The notes below the pieces were generated by a model. It saw only the letters and a program-made list of their open reading frames with translations. It was not told the DNA's origin and searched no databases. From the NCBI RefSeq assembly GCF_024521635.1, contig NW_026250407.1:248001-312000 (forward strand): 64,000 bases of DNA, given 5' to 3'. Positions within the stretch are counted from its first letter, which is position 1. Every line of letters starts with the position of its first letter. This DNA is from Tricharina praecox (Eukaryota). Shown here piece after piece: positions 51,850-63,588 of the stretch. Position numbers and translations under genes: made by a program.

Positions 51850-52806
51850 CTACAGTCCCTCCGCCAACCGCGGAACATAAATCTCGGCCCCCTCAATACC
51901 AACATCCTCGACGACAAACACATCACCAGCGTACGGACACTCCTCCCTGATGGTAGGATCCATATGGACCAGGGCGCCAGTGGCGATGACCAGCGAGCGT
52001 CCAACAAACCTCGGGCAAGCGACCTGCTTGCTGCCCTCGACGACGATCTTCCCCTTGACCTGCGCAGTCTTTCCATCGAGCCTCAGCACACACGAGCCAT
52101 TGAACATCGCGACCCAGAGGTCGCCGTCCGCACTGACAGCCACACCATCGGGACTTCCAGGCCCATGCGTCTCCGCCGCGAACTTGACAAACACTTCCTC
52201 CTCGCCCAGCTCTCCCTTTTCCGCATTGAAGGGATATTTATAAATCACCCCATTCCTCGTATCGGTGATATAGGCGGTCTTGTTATCCGGGGCGAAAACA
52301 ATGCCATTCGGCACGGCCACGGGTTCTTTAACCTTCCTTAGCGTCCCATCCGTATCGCTAACGAAAACCGCGCCCTCCTCCTTCGGCGGCCCCAGCCCAA
52401 AGCTGGTCATGACACCGACCCAAATCCGGCCGTGGCTGTCGACGCCAGCGTCGTTCGCCCGCATCCGCCCCGCCTTCTCTTCGTCGTCCGCGTAGTACGT
52501 GTTCAGGTACGTCAGCGCGCCGGTATCCTTGTGCACGCGCGCGATCCCCCGTGAGGCTGCCGCAAGGAAGTAGGATGGGTCCGTGGAGAGGAATAAAGCG
52601 CCGACGTAGTCGGAGACGCTGATCGAGGAAAGGCTCGCGCTGTCAAAGTGCGAGAACGTGTAGATCCGCTTCGACGGGATGTCCGTGAAGTGCGTCAGCC
52701 CCGTTGTGGGATCGTGCAAGGGCGACTCCGGCAGCCAGAAGTCCGGCGAGTGAAGCAGCGGCGTGGCCGCTGTGGCGATGGTGGGGATGACGAGGGAGGA
52801 TGACAT
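51850..52806 (-). CDS. Regucalcin / SMP-30 / gluconolactonase family protein
   Basis: Motifs LPESPLHD..FTDI, RANDAGVDSHGRIWVGVM, VPNGIVFAPDNKTAYITDT, PDGVAVSADGDLWVAMFNGSCV, VACPRF. Single exon, 318 aa. Confidence 0.93.
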   Translation of the reverse strand: MSSSLVIPTIATAATPLLHSPDFWLPESPLHDPTTGLTHFTDIPSKRIYTFSHFDSASLSSISVSDYVGALFLSTDPSYFLAAASRGIARVHKDTGALTYLNTYYADDEEKAGRMRANDAGVDSHGRIWVGVMTSFGLGPPKEEGAVFVSDTDGTLRKVKEPVAVPNGIVFAPDNKTAYITDTRNGVIYKYPFNAEKGELGEEEVFVKFAAETHGPGSPDGVAVSADGDLWVAMFNGSCVLRLDGKTAQVKGKIVVEGSKQVACPRFVGRSLVIATGALVHMDPTIREECPYAGDVFVVEDVGIEGAEIYVPRLAEGL

Positions 52807-53675
52807 GGCGGGCTTTGAAGTTTTCGTGCGGTTCGTGAGTGATTGATGAGTGGATACGGATTATGGGAAAGATTCTCGCTCGCTCGATGCCTCTTGTGTA
52901 TGTGCGTATGCCCGGAGGTTTACTATATATCCCCCACTTCCGCCCGGTGTATCGATATACCGAAGGCCACGATCGCGGGGTTGTTGAATGTTCCGTGCCT
53001 TGCATGCCCTCCACCCTTCAGGCTAAACCCCTCATGCGCGTGCGGAAAATCCTCACCTTCATTGTGATCAGCCCGAGCCCGGATTCCGGAAGGAAGACAA
53101 ATGAATGGATGGGCCTTGGTATGCAGAGTAGATATCGAACGTTGGCTTCACGCTTTCTCGCTTGCGGTGATGTCCGTCCACCCAGTCGGAGGAGCTACTC
53201 TAGGTAGCGATGCACCAGCCCATATGTACTCTACATAACTTGGCCTACCCATGAAACCAAGGCCGAGACCGAGACCGAAGCGGACCCCGCACCGCACCTC
53301 GGGATGTCCCACCGAAGATGAAACTCTCGGCGTGCAGAATGCAATCTGGAACGACGTCCATCCGGGCACATGGTTGACATGCTGTGATGCAATCAATTCG
53401 ACATCATATGTACGGTAGTTTGTAATGTACTAGTACACCCATGGCTCTGAGGTATCCTTTTCACCTCATCGTCGTCGATCCCCACGACCATGCAAAATCT
53501 AAGAGTAGAGTACAATCCGATATCCGTCCGTCGTACAGTACAACACATCTAGTATGCCCTGAGAGTAGAGTGTGAGAACCTAAGAGCAAAACCTACGAAA
53601 TGCAGCGCAAATGCAAAGAAGAACCCCATGAACACCAATCCTTATTACTCACAATTCCCGATCACTGTTGATTGC

Positions 53676-55095
53676 CTACTTCCTCTTACGGGAGCTCTTG
53701 TCAAACTGACTGATGATCGCCGCCGCCTCATCGTTATCAGCCAACGCCGACGAACCCGAGCCAGCGGCAGCGGCTTCCTCAGACTCCAACCGTTCTCCAA
53801 GCTCCTTCTGGTTCTTTGCCTGCGTCTCGGCAATCTTTCCATAGATGCCCATCGCGCCCGCAATCATGCCGCCGAGATCACCCAGCTGCGCAGGAACGAT
53901 GACACTGTTGGTCTCCTTGGCGAGTTTTCCGAACGCGTCCACGTACTTCTCCGCCACGGTCAGCGACACGGCGCCCTGTCCAGCTGCTCCATTCGCACGC
54001 AGAGTCTTAGCAACCGCGTCGATACCCTTGGCCGTAGCTTCAGCCTTGAGGCGGATAGCCTCGGCCTCTCCCAATGCCGCGTTGATCTGCTCCGTCTTGC
54101 TGGCCTCGGAGGCAAGGATCACCGACGTCTTCTTTCCCTCGGCGATGTTGATGGCGCTCTGGCGGTGACCTTCGGAGTCGAGGATCTCGGCACGCTTGGA
54201 ACGCTCGGCCGAGACTTGACGATGCATGGCCTGAAACTCAGTTAGCAAATAGACGGCCAAATCTACCACAGTTGCAAACGTACCTGCAGAACTGGCTCAG
54301 GTGCGTGGATATCCCGGATCTCATAACGGAGACACTTGACACCCCAATCCTCAGCCGCCTCATTGATGGCCTTGGTGATGTTGACGTTCAACGCCGCGCG
54401 CTCCTTCAACACGTGGTCCAGTGTGAGCTGACCAATTTCGGAGCGCATGGTGGTCTGGGCCAACTGAGAGATTGCGTACTCGGCGTCCTCGACACCGTAG
54501 GAGGCCTTGTAGGCATCGAAGATCCGGATGTAGAGAATACCCTGTCCTATCGTCAGTTTCTATCCAACCCACATCCACAGAGGCGAAACGAACATCAAGG
54601 TCCAAGGTAACGTTGTCGGCGGTGATGGCGCTCTGCGATGGAATTTCGATGGCGACTTCCTTCAACGACTTGACGTACTGGACCTTGTCAATGATGGGAA
54701 CGAGGATCGCGAGACCGGGCTCGAGGATTCGGTGAAATTTTCCCATTCGCTCGACGAGCCATGCCTGCTGCTGCGGGACGAAACTGCAATGGATCTTTGT
54801 GAGCAAAAAGTTCACCGTTACATCCGGCCGGAGGTGAAGCGGTTCAAGCTTACCGGATGATGGTGTTCGCAGGTAGCCGTTCTCTTCTGAAGTATGTCTG
54901 TGGGCCTCCGCTTCCGCCGGGCGCAAACATGGAACCATTCCCGGGATCGTATCTGGAGGCATTTCTCCGCTGCAGGACCTGTGGTGGTGGTGGGGCAGCT
55001 AGACTCTGGGAGAGCGCGGCGAGGCGTATGCCGGCAGCTGCTGGGACCAGACCCCCGCGATTGAGAGCGTGCGACGCCGTACGTAAGGACAGCAT
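53676..55095 (-). CDS. Stomatin-like protein 2 (SPFH/band-7), mitochondrial, 4 exons
   Basis: Exons 55095-54854, 54783-54594, 54541-54284, 54230-53676. Presequence-like N-terminus; FVPQQQAWLVERMGKF, SQSAITADNVTL, LAQTTMRSEIGQLTLD, WGVKCLRYEIRDI, AERSKRAEILDSEG, VAEKYVDAFGKLAKE. Confidence 0.94.
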
Positions 55096-55484
55096 GGTGT
55101 GTGTTCGTCGAGTCTTGATGAAGCAAACTGTGGAGGCGGAGATGGAATTCGATATGGGCGGTGGTTATATGCGAGGTTGTTGAATGACGAATGGCGGGCG
55201 GATTTCGTAGTCGGCCTAGAGTTGATCCTTGTACGGTCAGGCAGCTGTTTTGTACCACCTCCCGTTCCGTCGTTGACCGACACTGGTGTTTTCATTCTTA
55301 TGGCGGGCACTCAGCAGCACAGCGATTTACTGAGTCGTCGGTCATGAGAGCATCATCAAAAAGCCACCTGGCCTCGAGGTTTGCCTTTGACTTACGTTCT
55401 ATTCCCAAATAAATTACACAGCAAGAACACCGAGTCTTGACAGACCAACAGAAATATGAAGTATTTTACATTGTTCTGACCCAT

Positions 55485-56396
55485 CTATTCTGGCTTGCTC
55501 TCTTCTCCCTCCACCTTGCTCTCTTCTCCCCCGAGCTCGCCGCCGAGAATCTTCCGGTGCGCATCGACGGTGCGGACAATGGAAATAGGAATAGACTCCA
55601 AGCTCCGGACCAGGTCGCCACCACCAGTAGTCTGCAGCATACCCGCAAGCTGGGCCCTCAATTCCGTCAAGCCCGGCAAGCTCGAGACCCATCTCACCAT
55701 GCTGGAATCCAGCACCCGTCCCACTCCCAAACTTCCAACCGCAACGTGGCCATCCACCCTCGCAGCAACCAGGAACAACTTCTGCAGGCCACTCACCGCA
55801 GCCGGGTCCATTCCCTTGACAGCCCTTCCGGCCGGAAACATGATGTTCACCACCGTCTGAAGGTGTACCGGCGACACCGCGGGGAAGGTAACCACACCGA
55901 CGGGTCCAGTGAGTAGCACGTCGAGCGGATGCTTCTTCTGCCTCTTCGAGAACTCATACGCCTCCCTCGACGTACCGTGCTGTTTCCCGTCAATCTTGGG
56001 ATCGTAGAACTCGGCAACGCGCATCGCAGATGAGAACACAGCGCCACGCAAGATGTTGATCTTGATGTTGCTTGCGATCTCGTCTGCCTCTCCCTTGGGG
56101 GCAATCTTCGACAGTGCCGTAACCACCTCCCGCCGCAGGGCCGTCCATTCTGTGGCCCGCAGATTGTTGTGTTGGAACAGCAGCATCACAGGCGAGGATC
56201 GCAGCAGCGACAGGTAGGTACGGTGAAGCTGCGTTTTCCGGGCATCGGCGGCGCGGTGCGAAGGTGGTTGCGTGGGTGCATGTACGACAGCGCGAGCCGC
56301 GGGCGGGGTGTAAGCGCGTGTCATTCTGGGAGAGGCATGCGAGACGAGGAATCCCGTCGGTGAAGCCCGCGAAGGCAGAGGAATTCGTGGAGGCAT
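55485..56396 (-). CDS. Mitochondrial ribosomal protein uL10m (yeast Mrpl11-like)
   Basis: Basic presequence; RKTQLHRTYLSLLRSSPVMLLFQHNNL..EW.ALRRE, LLTGPVGVVTFP, LFLVAARVDG, WVSSLPGLTELRAQLAGML. Confidence 0.85.
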   Translation of the reverse strand: MPPRIPLPSRASPTGFLVSHASPRMTRAYTPPAARAVVHAPTQPPSHRAADARKTQLHRTYLSLLRSSPVMLLFQHNNLRATEWTALRREVVTALSKIAPKGEADEIASNIKINILRGAVFSSAMRVAEFYDPKIDGKQHGTSREAYEFSKRQKKHPLDVLLTGPVGVVTFPAVSPVHLQTVVNIMFPAGRAVKGMDPAAVSGLQKLFLVAARVDGHVAVGSLGVGRVLDSSMVRWVSSLPGLTELRAQLAGMLQTTGGGDLVRSLESIPISIVRTVDAHRKILGGELGGEESKVEGEESKPE

Positions 56397-57201
56397 TGTG
56401 AAAGCTATTCCCAGTGAGCAATGTCGCTTATCCGCTATTCGACTGGTAGATATCCAAAGGTACCTGTGCCGGCAACTTCGGAGGATGTTGCTTCCTTAAC
56501 GCGGGTTGGTTGATTGGTTGGAGAGGAGTTTGGTGATCAAGCGGGCCGAGAGAAAGTTTGAATGCAGCGGCTGTCTCCGTGAAGATGCGGCTCCGCTGCG
56601 GCTAACAGAATACACTCTTCAGCCTTCACCCAACACCGCAACACAGTGTAAATAAAAGGATCCGGCTGAAATTACACCTTCGCCGAGAAGATCCATTCGC
56701 AAGAAAAAGCGGTACATATTGCAGAGATTCTGGGCGATATCTCTCACTTCTTCCCCCAGTGCGAGGAAGTGCACTCCCCTCCAATACTTCTACCCTCCTC
56801 CTTTCACAACTGAATCCTTCCCCCTCCCGCCCTCCCCCCAGTCAACGCGTCGCTATCCCCCCGCCTGGCTGTCTCTCATCCCACCTCCCACACACACACA
56901 TCTACACCTTACACCCTTCTTCCAACCAACTCCTGTCGAATCTCTCTGAACCATCTGATATCGATCCCTCGATTGTTAGATCACTACTCCTTCCGTGCCA
57001 AGGTGAGTTGTCGGTGGTCCCCACGTGCAGACCATGCTCCATTCGCCAGTCACCATGGCGACTCTCCCCCGCCAAAGAAACCCCACCATCGAAGAAAGAA
57101 CGATCGAAGCAATTAGGAAGCCCCCGGCCCTACTGACACCCATCGTAGGATCCCGCCGCCCCTGCATCTAACAAACAATCAACTACTGCTCAGCCCACGC
57201 C

Positions 57202-58109
57202 AGTGAGTCTCACCCCTCCTCCCCCCAAATCAACTGTTTCGCGCTGGAAGCTGAAGTCTGCTTGTGTGACGCCATAGTGGATGACTACAACTCCGAGACC
57301 GATTCCGACTACACATCGTACTGGCGGGACTGGTTCGTCGCCACGCGGGGCCATGAGTACTTTTGCGAGATCGACGAGGAGTACCTGACGGACCGCTTCA
57401 ACCTGACCGGCCTGCAGCCCGAAGTGCCGTACTACCAGTATGCGCTGGACCTGATCACCGACGTCTTCGACTTTGACTGCGACGATGATATCCGGGAGCA
57501 GATCGAGAAGTCGGCACGCCACCTTTACGGACTGGTGCACGCTCGGTACATCATCACGACCCGGGGCTTACAGAAGATGGTACCCTCCCCTTCTCCCCTA
57601 CTGACCCCCTTTATCGACTGCACCCCACCCCACGCAATCGAAGCTTCGTCTCGCTGACATGTACCCTCACTCAACAGCTGGAGAAATACAAGAAATGCGA
57701 TTTCGGTCGATGCCCGCGCGTCTTCTGTCGCTCCCACCCCCTCCTTCCGATCGGACTCTCGGACCTGCCTCACACCAAGAGCGTCAAGCTATACTGCGCC
57801 AAGTGCGAGGACGTGTACTCGCCTAAGTCGTCGCGCCATGCGTCGATCGACGGCGCCTACTTCGGCACCTCGTTTCCGCACATTCTGTTCCAGGTGTACC
57901 CGGCGCTGATTCCACCAAAGAGCAACGAACGTTACACACCGCGGTGCTTTGGCTTCAAGACACACGCTATCGCCGCGCTGGCTAGATGGCAGGAGCAGAA
58001 GCGTGGAGAGCAGGATCGCCGGCTGGCGGAAGTCGGTATCGAAGTCAAGAGGGTGGAGGGGGATGATGATCCGGATGGGAGCAGCGAGGGCGACGATCTC
58101 TCACGATAG
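57202..58109 (+). CDS. CKB2: Casein kinase II regulatory beta subunit (Ckb2-type); ATG split by an intron
   Basis: A at 57202, intron 57203-57277 (GTGAGT..ATAG), then TG GAT GAC.. gives MDDYNSETDSDYTSYWRDWF..EYFCEIDEEYLTDRFNLTGL. Intron 57580-57677. Zinc ribbon CPRVFC..YCAKC and SIDGAYFGTSF. Stop at 58109. Confidence 0.93.
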
Positions 58110-58763
58110 ACCCCTGAGAACAGCTTCCTTGCGCGGTACAGAGCGGCGATACGGTTCACGTAAACCGAAGTGGATTTTTGAGTCGCGGATCATCACCTAC
58201 TGCGTTGTTACTTACAGGTTGAACATGTGGTGTATATGGGGCTGGGGGAAGAGAGGATGAGATCGATTCACGAAGATAAGATGGAAAGCGTTAGTGTTTG
58301 GTTTCTTTTCTGTTTCTCTTTCTTTCGGAGCCAGGTTTCGTTTTTCTTTTTTTCTGTTATTACCTTTTGTTTGCTTTATTGTCTGTTCGTGTAATACGCT
58401 TCCCACCATTTTCGTTCGGAATTTGTGTTTGTGAGATGATTTTTGATTCTGCCTCAGCGACGTAGCAGTGGACAGTTGCTCAAAGCCCAATCACGTTGTC
58501 TTCTTCTTTTTTTACCCCTCTTCTATTTTTCTTCTTGCCGTCATCTGTAGACGAGTTCTTGTAACAAGTAGATAGGGATTTCTAGGTTGTCATTTCTATT
58601 GTCGCCTCAAAATGACAACTAACACCAAGCAAGCAAGCAAAGCTTTGTGACCCAAACCGAACCGAGGACAAAAAAAACCCTTCTCCCCTCCTCCTCTCCC
58701 TGCATTACCGTCGTGCCGTCGTGTAGTGTAGTATATCGCCTCGCCTCGTCCGTCCGTCTGTGT

Positions 58764-59058
58764 TCACCGCGCTTCAAACTGCACCATTCTGTTTTTTTTC
58801 CCATTCCGTCAGCGACTGCGTCGCGCCTTGAGATGGTGGGGGGAAGGGGAGTGGGGGGAAGGGGGCAATGGAAACCAACCGTCTGGTACGCTGCTTGTAG
58901 AGGATACGGTGGCCGCACTCTTTGCAGCGAATGGGCTCGCCCTTGTTAATGCCGACCTTGACGCCGCATTCTGCGCAGAGGTAGTGCATAGTCGCCGACG
59001 CGGCGCCGCCGACGGGGGCGCCGTAGCTGCGTTCTCCGGGGGGGGCTGAGTCGGCCAT
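58764..59058 (-). CDS. RPC10: RNA polymerase I/II/III shared subunit RPABC4 (Rpb12/Rpc10)
   Basis: YLCAECG..IRCKECGHRILYKQRTR, intron 58879-58789, then RMVQFEAR*. Confidence 0.95.
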
Positions 59059-59420
59059 CGCGTAGATCTTGTGGAGTGGGTCGGGGATTTGTAAAGGTGT
59101 GGTGAGGTTTCGTGGAGGGTGGGGTTTGCGCGGATAGTGGTGGTGGTGGATGTGGTGGTGGTGGTGGTTAACGAGTGGTGGTGGATGTGGTTTGAAGGTT
59201 TTGGTCGCGCTTGGTGTGAGTAGCTTGGTGTGAGTAATTTGGTGCAACGTTGGGTTTGTAAGGCTGCATGCGGCTTTACGGTGGTGGTCAAAGCATTGAG
59301 TATCACTCGACACCTCTTCACCTGAGGCTTCAAAGGAAATCAGGCAGCTCCTAGCACACATTCAAAAGCCGCTCTTCTCGACGGCTTGATTCTATCGCAC
59401 ATCCTTGGTATGTCTAGCAA

Positions 59421-60016
59421 TTACTCGATCTCGTACTTCCAGAGCCCATCCCCCAAGTAGTGACCCGCCTCGACAGCGACACCCTTATTAATCTTTTTAA
59501 TCTCTTCGGTCCCCATCTTGAGCATACCAATCATACACGCATTCTCCTTCCCCTCCGCACCGATCGCCACCACCGCGCCCGCCAATATCTCATTCTCCTT
59601 CTCTGGCAACTTCGCACCGGCACTGGTAAGACCGGGGCACATCAGCTGGGCACCGGCGAGCACGAAGCGGATCGCACCGCGATCCACTTGGATGCGCGGG
59701 AAAGCATGCGGATAGGCGTGCACAACACGCAGGTGCGGGATCAATGGGTCGTCAAAGTGCTGGAAGAACAAAACGTGGCTGTCCAGGGCGTAGAGTGTGA
59801 GCCGCTCCGGCAGCTTGATCATGTCGAGCTGTGACTTCTTCGGGAGGATCTCGTCGATGTGCGGGATTAACAGCGGGAATTGGTCGAGCAGCCGTTGTCG
59901 CAGCGAGCGCTGGATCGACGATTTGAGTTTCGACTTTTGGGCGGTTGTTACGCTGCGTTTTCTTGTCAGTTAAGGCATGGAGGAGGGGCGGTGCTGAAGT
60001 ACGGTTTCTTGAACAT
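59421..60016 (-). CDS. TMA20: Translation machinery-associated protein 20 (MCTS1 homolog, PUA domain)
   Basis: MFKK exon 60016-60003, intron 60002-59953, then KSKLKSSIQRSLR..LIPHLRVVHAYP..VDRGAIRFVLAGAQLMCPGLTS..HYLGDGLW. Confidence 0.95.
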
Positions 60017-60266
60017 CGCGTTGGTCAGTGGTGGTATTTGTGGGAAACTGTGGTGGTGGTGAAAGACGGCAGAGGGTGATGATGTAGTTGTAGTTCCTGG
60101 GCCGAGCGTGAAGCAATCGCGGGGTGTCTCCAGTTCGCACCCCTGCAACTCGAGACGCGCCGGGTAAAAACCACGCACAGACCACACCTTCTTTCCTCAC
60201 CCAGCATCCTCAGCTGTCCCCAGCTCCCCAAACCACCTGACACGCGCCACCTCACGACCTAGCATC

Positions 60267-61217
60267 ATGTCCGAATACTGGAAATCGATCCCCAAGTACT
60301 GGTGCAAGCACTGCAAAGACTTCGTCACGGACACACCTCTCGGGCGCAAAAACCACGACGCGACATCCAAGCACCAAAACGGTCTAAAGCGTTTCCTACG
60401 CGACATCCATCGCGACAACGAGCGCGCGCAGACCGCAACTGAGAATGCTAAACGCGAGGTTGAGCGGCTCAATGCAATTGTCAGCGGCGGGTCATCCTCT
60501 ACGGCGGCGCAGCCGAACACGCAGTCGGTGGCGAAGCCGGAGGTTGCGCGAGGCGAGAAATGGGGGGCGGCCACCAGGGCCCTGACCGCAGAGGAAAAGA
60601 AGAGGCAGATGAAGGAGCTGGAGGCACTGGGTGTAGCAATGCCGGAGGAATTTAGAGGGGATTTGGCACTGCCCGGGGAGTGGTCGACGGTTTCGGTGAC
60701 CTACGAGAAGCCGAAGATGACGGAAAAGGAAAGGATGCAGAAGGAGATTGCGGAACAGCAAAAAAAGGAGATGGACGAGGCTGAGAGAAAGCGTAAATGG
60801 GACGAGCTCGATGAGGATGACAAGGAGATTCGCAGCTTTAAGATTCAGGAGCGGACTTATCCTGGTGCGGCGGCGCCGGATGTCGATGTGGATTCATTAT
60901 TTGGGAAGGGGAAGAGCAAGGTTAAGGTAGAGGAGGACGTACCTGTGGGCAAGCCGGTGGCCTTCAAAGTCGACAAGAAGGAAGAAGGTATCAAGAGGGA
61001 GGACGAGGCGGAGGACGAGGGGGAGGATACACGCGAGCCGCTAGTAAAGAGGGAGCGCTCTGAGAGTCCACCGGGAATCACAGTCAAGGCCGAGGAAACC
61101 AACGCACCAGATGTGGTCCTCAAGAAGGAGGAGGAGGAAGAAGAAGCACCCGCACCTGCTGCCAGTGGGGTGGTGTTCAAGAAACGGAAAGCTAAGAGCA
61201 TGAGGAAGAAGGACTAG
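60267..61217 (+). CDS. U1-type (matrin) zinc-finger protein, WBP4/FBP21-like spliceosomal factor
   Basis: MSEYWKSIPKYWCKHCKDFV.D..RKNHDATSKHQ zinc finger, charged coiled coil and C-terminal VVFKKRK motif. Confidence 0.88.
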   Translation: MSEYWKSIPKYWCKHCKDFVTDTPLGRKNHDATSKHQNGLKRFLRDIHRDNERAQTATENAKREVERLNAIVSGGSSSTAAQPNTQSVAKPEVARGEKWGAATRALTAEEKKRQMKELEALGVAMPEEFRGDLALPGEWSTVSVTYEKPKMTEKERMQKEIAEQQKKEMDEAERKRKWDELDEDDKEIRSFKIQERTYPGAAAPDVDVDSLFGKGKSKVKVEEDVPVGKPVAFKVDKKEEGIKREDEAEDEGEDTREPLVKRERSESPPGITVKAEETNAPDVVLKKEEEEEEAPAPAASGVVFKKRKAKSMRKKD

Positions 61218-62106
61218 ATGAGTCTTGTTTTGAATTCCGGTGCATGTTCTTACACGGCGTTTTTAGGTGTTGCTGTGGGTCCGGGAATGGGCCTCGTGAT
61301 GGATGTGTCATGCTTGTTTTTGTAGAGCGCACGCATAGATTTTAATCGGTCAGTTTGATCAACAGTACCGCAACACGGTAGAACGTTTCTGTAAGCAAGA
61401 TCATACTTCAGCTTCGTAGGGTTACGGTAGAGTGGTGTTCGGACAGCTCTGCCAAAGTGACACCTAGAGGGATATTCAGACGACAGAGCCCATTCAACCT
61501 TAATAGGTATTCTGCAATTATCGCTGTGGATTGGAATCGTCATTTGACAATCGTCTCGATCACATAGCATCACGGCGCGACATCATCGGAATCGAACCCC
61601 CAGAAAGGAAAAAAAATGTGGCTCCGCTGGTAAGGAACAAAGCGTCCTTGAACATCTCCAAAGAGAGTCCTATGCAAGCTCCAGCTGCGGAGCAAAAGAG
61701 TAATCTTCTTCACTCTCGGTACACCAGATAGAGGACACGGCAATAGAAATCGAATAAAGTGTCCTACAATAAAGGGTCCTGCAATGAGTGAAGAGGAAAG
61801 GAGAAGAAAGGGAGCGTAGAGTGGTGGGAAAATTTCGTTGGTTTTATATGGTAGCCAGCCGCTAGCGTACTTGGCGGAATGGTTGTGTGGCTGATGGTTG
61901 TGGCTCGATTAAACTTTTTTGAGCCCCAGGCGAGCGTTAGACAGCAACCCCTCTTCCCGTGCCCCTCATCACCCCCACTAGAAACCGCATCATCCGTTTC
62001 TGGCAACTCACCCACTACCAACCTACCACTCTTCGCGAGGCCAGTCTTCGTCACCTTTCCTCACCTTTTTCGATTTTTCTCCCATCTCAACTCGCAATTA
62101 CCCACA

Positions 62107-63588
62107 ATGCCTCCCAAGAAGGCCCAGGAAGAGAAGAAGATTATGCTCGGGCGGCCGGGAAACAGTCTGAAGAGTGGAATTGTGGGTTGAGCTGTCTTCT
62201 TCGGCGGTGCTTTTGCTCATGCAGGAGGATAGGTTGGTCTCGCGAACGTTGGCAAATCGACGCTTTTCCAGGCCATCACTCGATGCACTCTCGGAAACCC
62301 CGCCAACTTCCCGTACGCCACTATCGATCCCGAGGAGGCCCGTGTCGTCGTTCCCGATGAGCGATACGACTGGCTGTGTGAGCACTACAAGGTATATTCT
62401 CAAACGCAGCTCTAGCAATTCTGCTCCGAAGAAGTGCAAGGCGGCGGTGTTGCTTTCTTGCTTTCTTACTCCATTCATACCCCATCCAAGTGATACGACG
62501 CTGAGGAAGAATTCCGACTAAAGCCCCATTCTAAAGTTCCTGCGAACTTGACCGTTTACGATATCGCCGGATTGACGCGTGGAGCCTCGACCGGAGCCGG
62601 TCTGGGTAACGCTTTCTTGTCGCACATCCGCGCTGTCGATGCCATCTTCCAGGTTGTCAGGTGCTTTGACGATGCCGAGATTATCCACGTCGAGGGAGAC
62701 GTCGACCCCGTGCGCGATTTGGGAATCATCAGCCACGAGCTGCAGGTCAAGGATATCGAGTTTGTGGAGAAGAACTTGGATGCCCTGAAGAAGCTCACCA
62801 TCCGAGGTGGGCAGTCGCTTGAGATGAAGAAGCTCAAGGAGGAGCAGGCGATCGTTGAGGCTGTCCTGGAGCACTTGAAGAGTGGAAAGGATGTGCGCAA
62901 GAACAACTGGGGTACTAAGGAGGTGAGCGACTTTTCTGTCCCGATAGCGTACCGAGACGGTGCTCACGCAGTCATCAGGTCGAGATCATCAACAAGCTCT
63001 TGCTACTCACCGCCAAGCCCGTCATCTACATCGTGAACCTTTCTGAGCGCGACTTTATCCGCCAGAAGAACAAGTACCTTCCCAAGGTCAAGGCCTGGGT
63101 CGACGAAAACAGCCCCGGTGATGTCATCATTCCCATCTCCGTCATCTTTGAGGACCGCCTCACCCGCATGACCGACGAGGAAGTCGCCGAGGAGTGCAAG
63201 ACCCTCAAGACCAAATCCCAGATCGGCAAGCTCGTCGTGACCATGCGCAAGGCCCTTCGTCTGATCTCCTTTTTCACCACTGGAACCGACGAGGTCCGGC
63301 AATGGAGTATCCGCGAGGGCACCAAAGCTCCCCAGGCTGCTGGTGTCATCCACGGTGACTTCGAGAAGACGTTCATTCAGGCCATCATCTCCCGGTATGC
63401 GGATCTGAAAGAGCTCGGTAGCGAAGCTGAGGTCAAGGCCGCTGGAAAGCTCCTCATCAAGGGCAAGGAGTATGTCATGGAGGACGGTGATATGTGAGTT
63501 CTACGCCCTCGCTTTTCCACGATGGTGCAATGGTTACTAATCTGCGAGGAACAGCGTCCTGTTCAAGGCCGGTGCTGCTAAGGGTTAG
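62107..63588 (+). CDS. OLA1: Obg-like ATPase Ola1/YchF, 5 exons
   Basis: Exons 62107-62181, 62233-62391, 62524-62922, 62979-63493, 63555-63588. P-loop [41 protein letters not shown]-type [23 protein letters not shown]. Confidence 0.96.

Noticed and set aside
58596..58620. Alternative RPC10 last exon (..HFEA..)
   Set aside because: The canonical MVQFEAR* exon at 58788-58764 has a proper branch site and acceptor.
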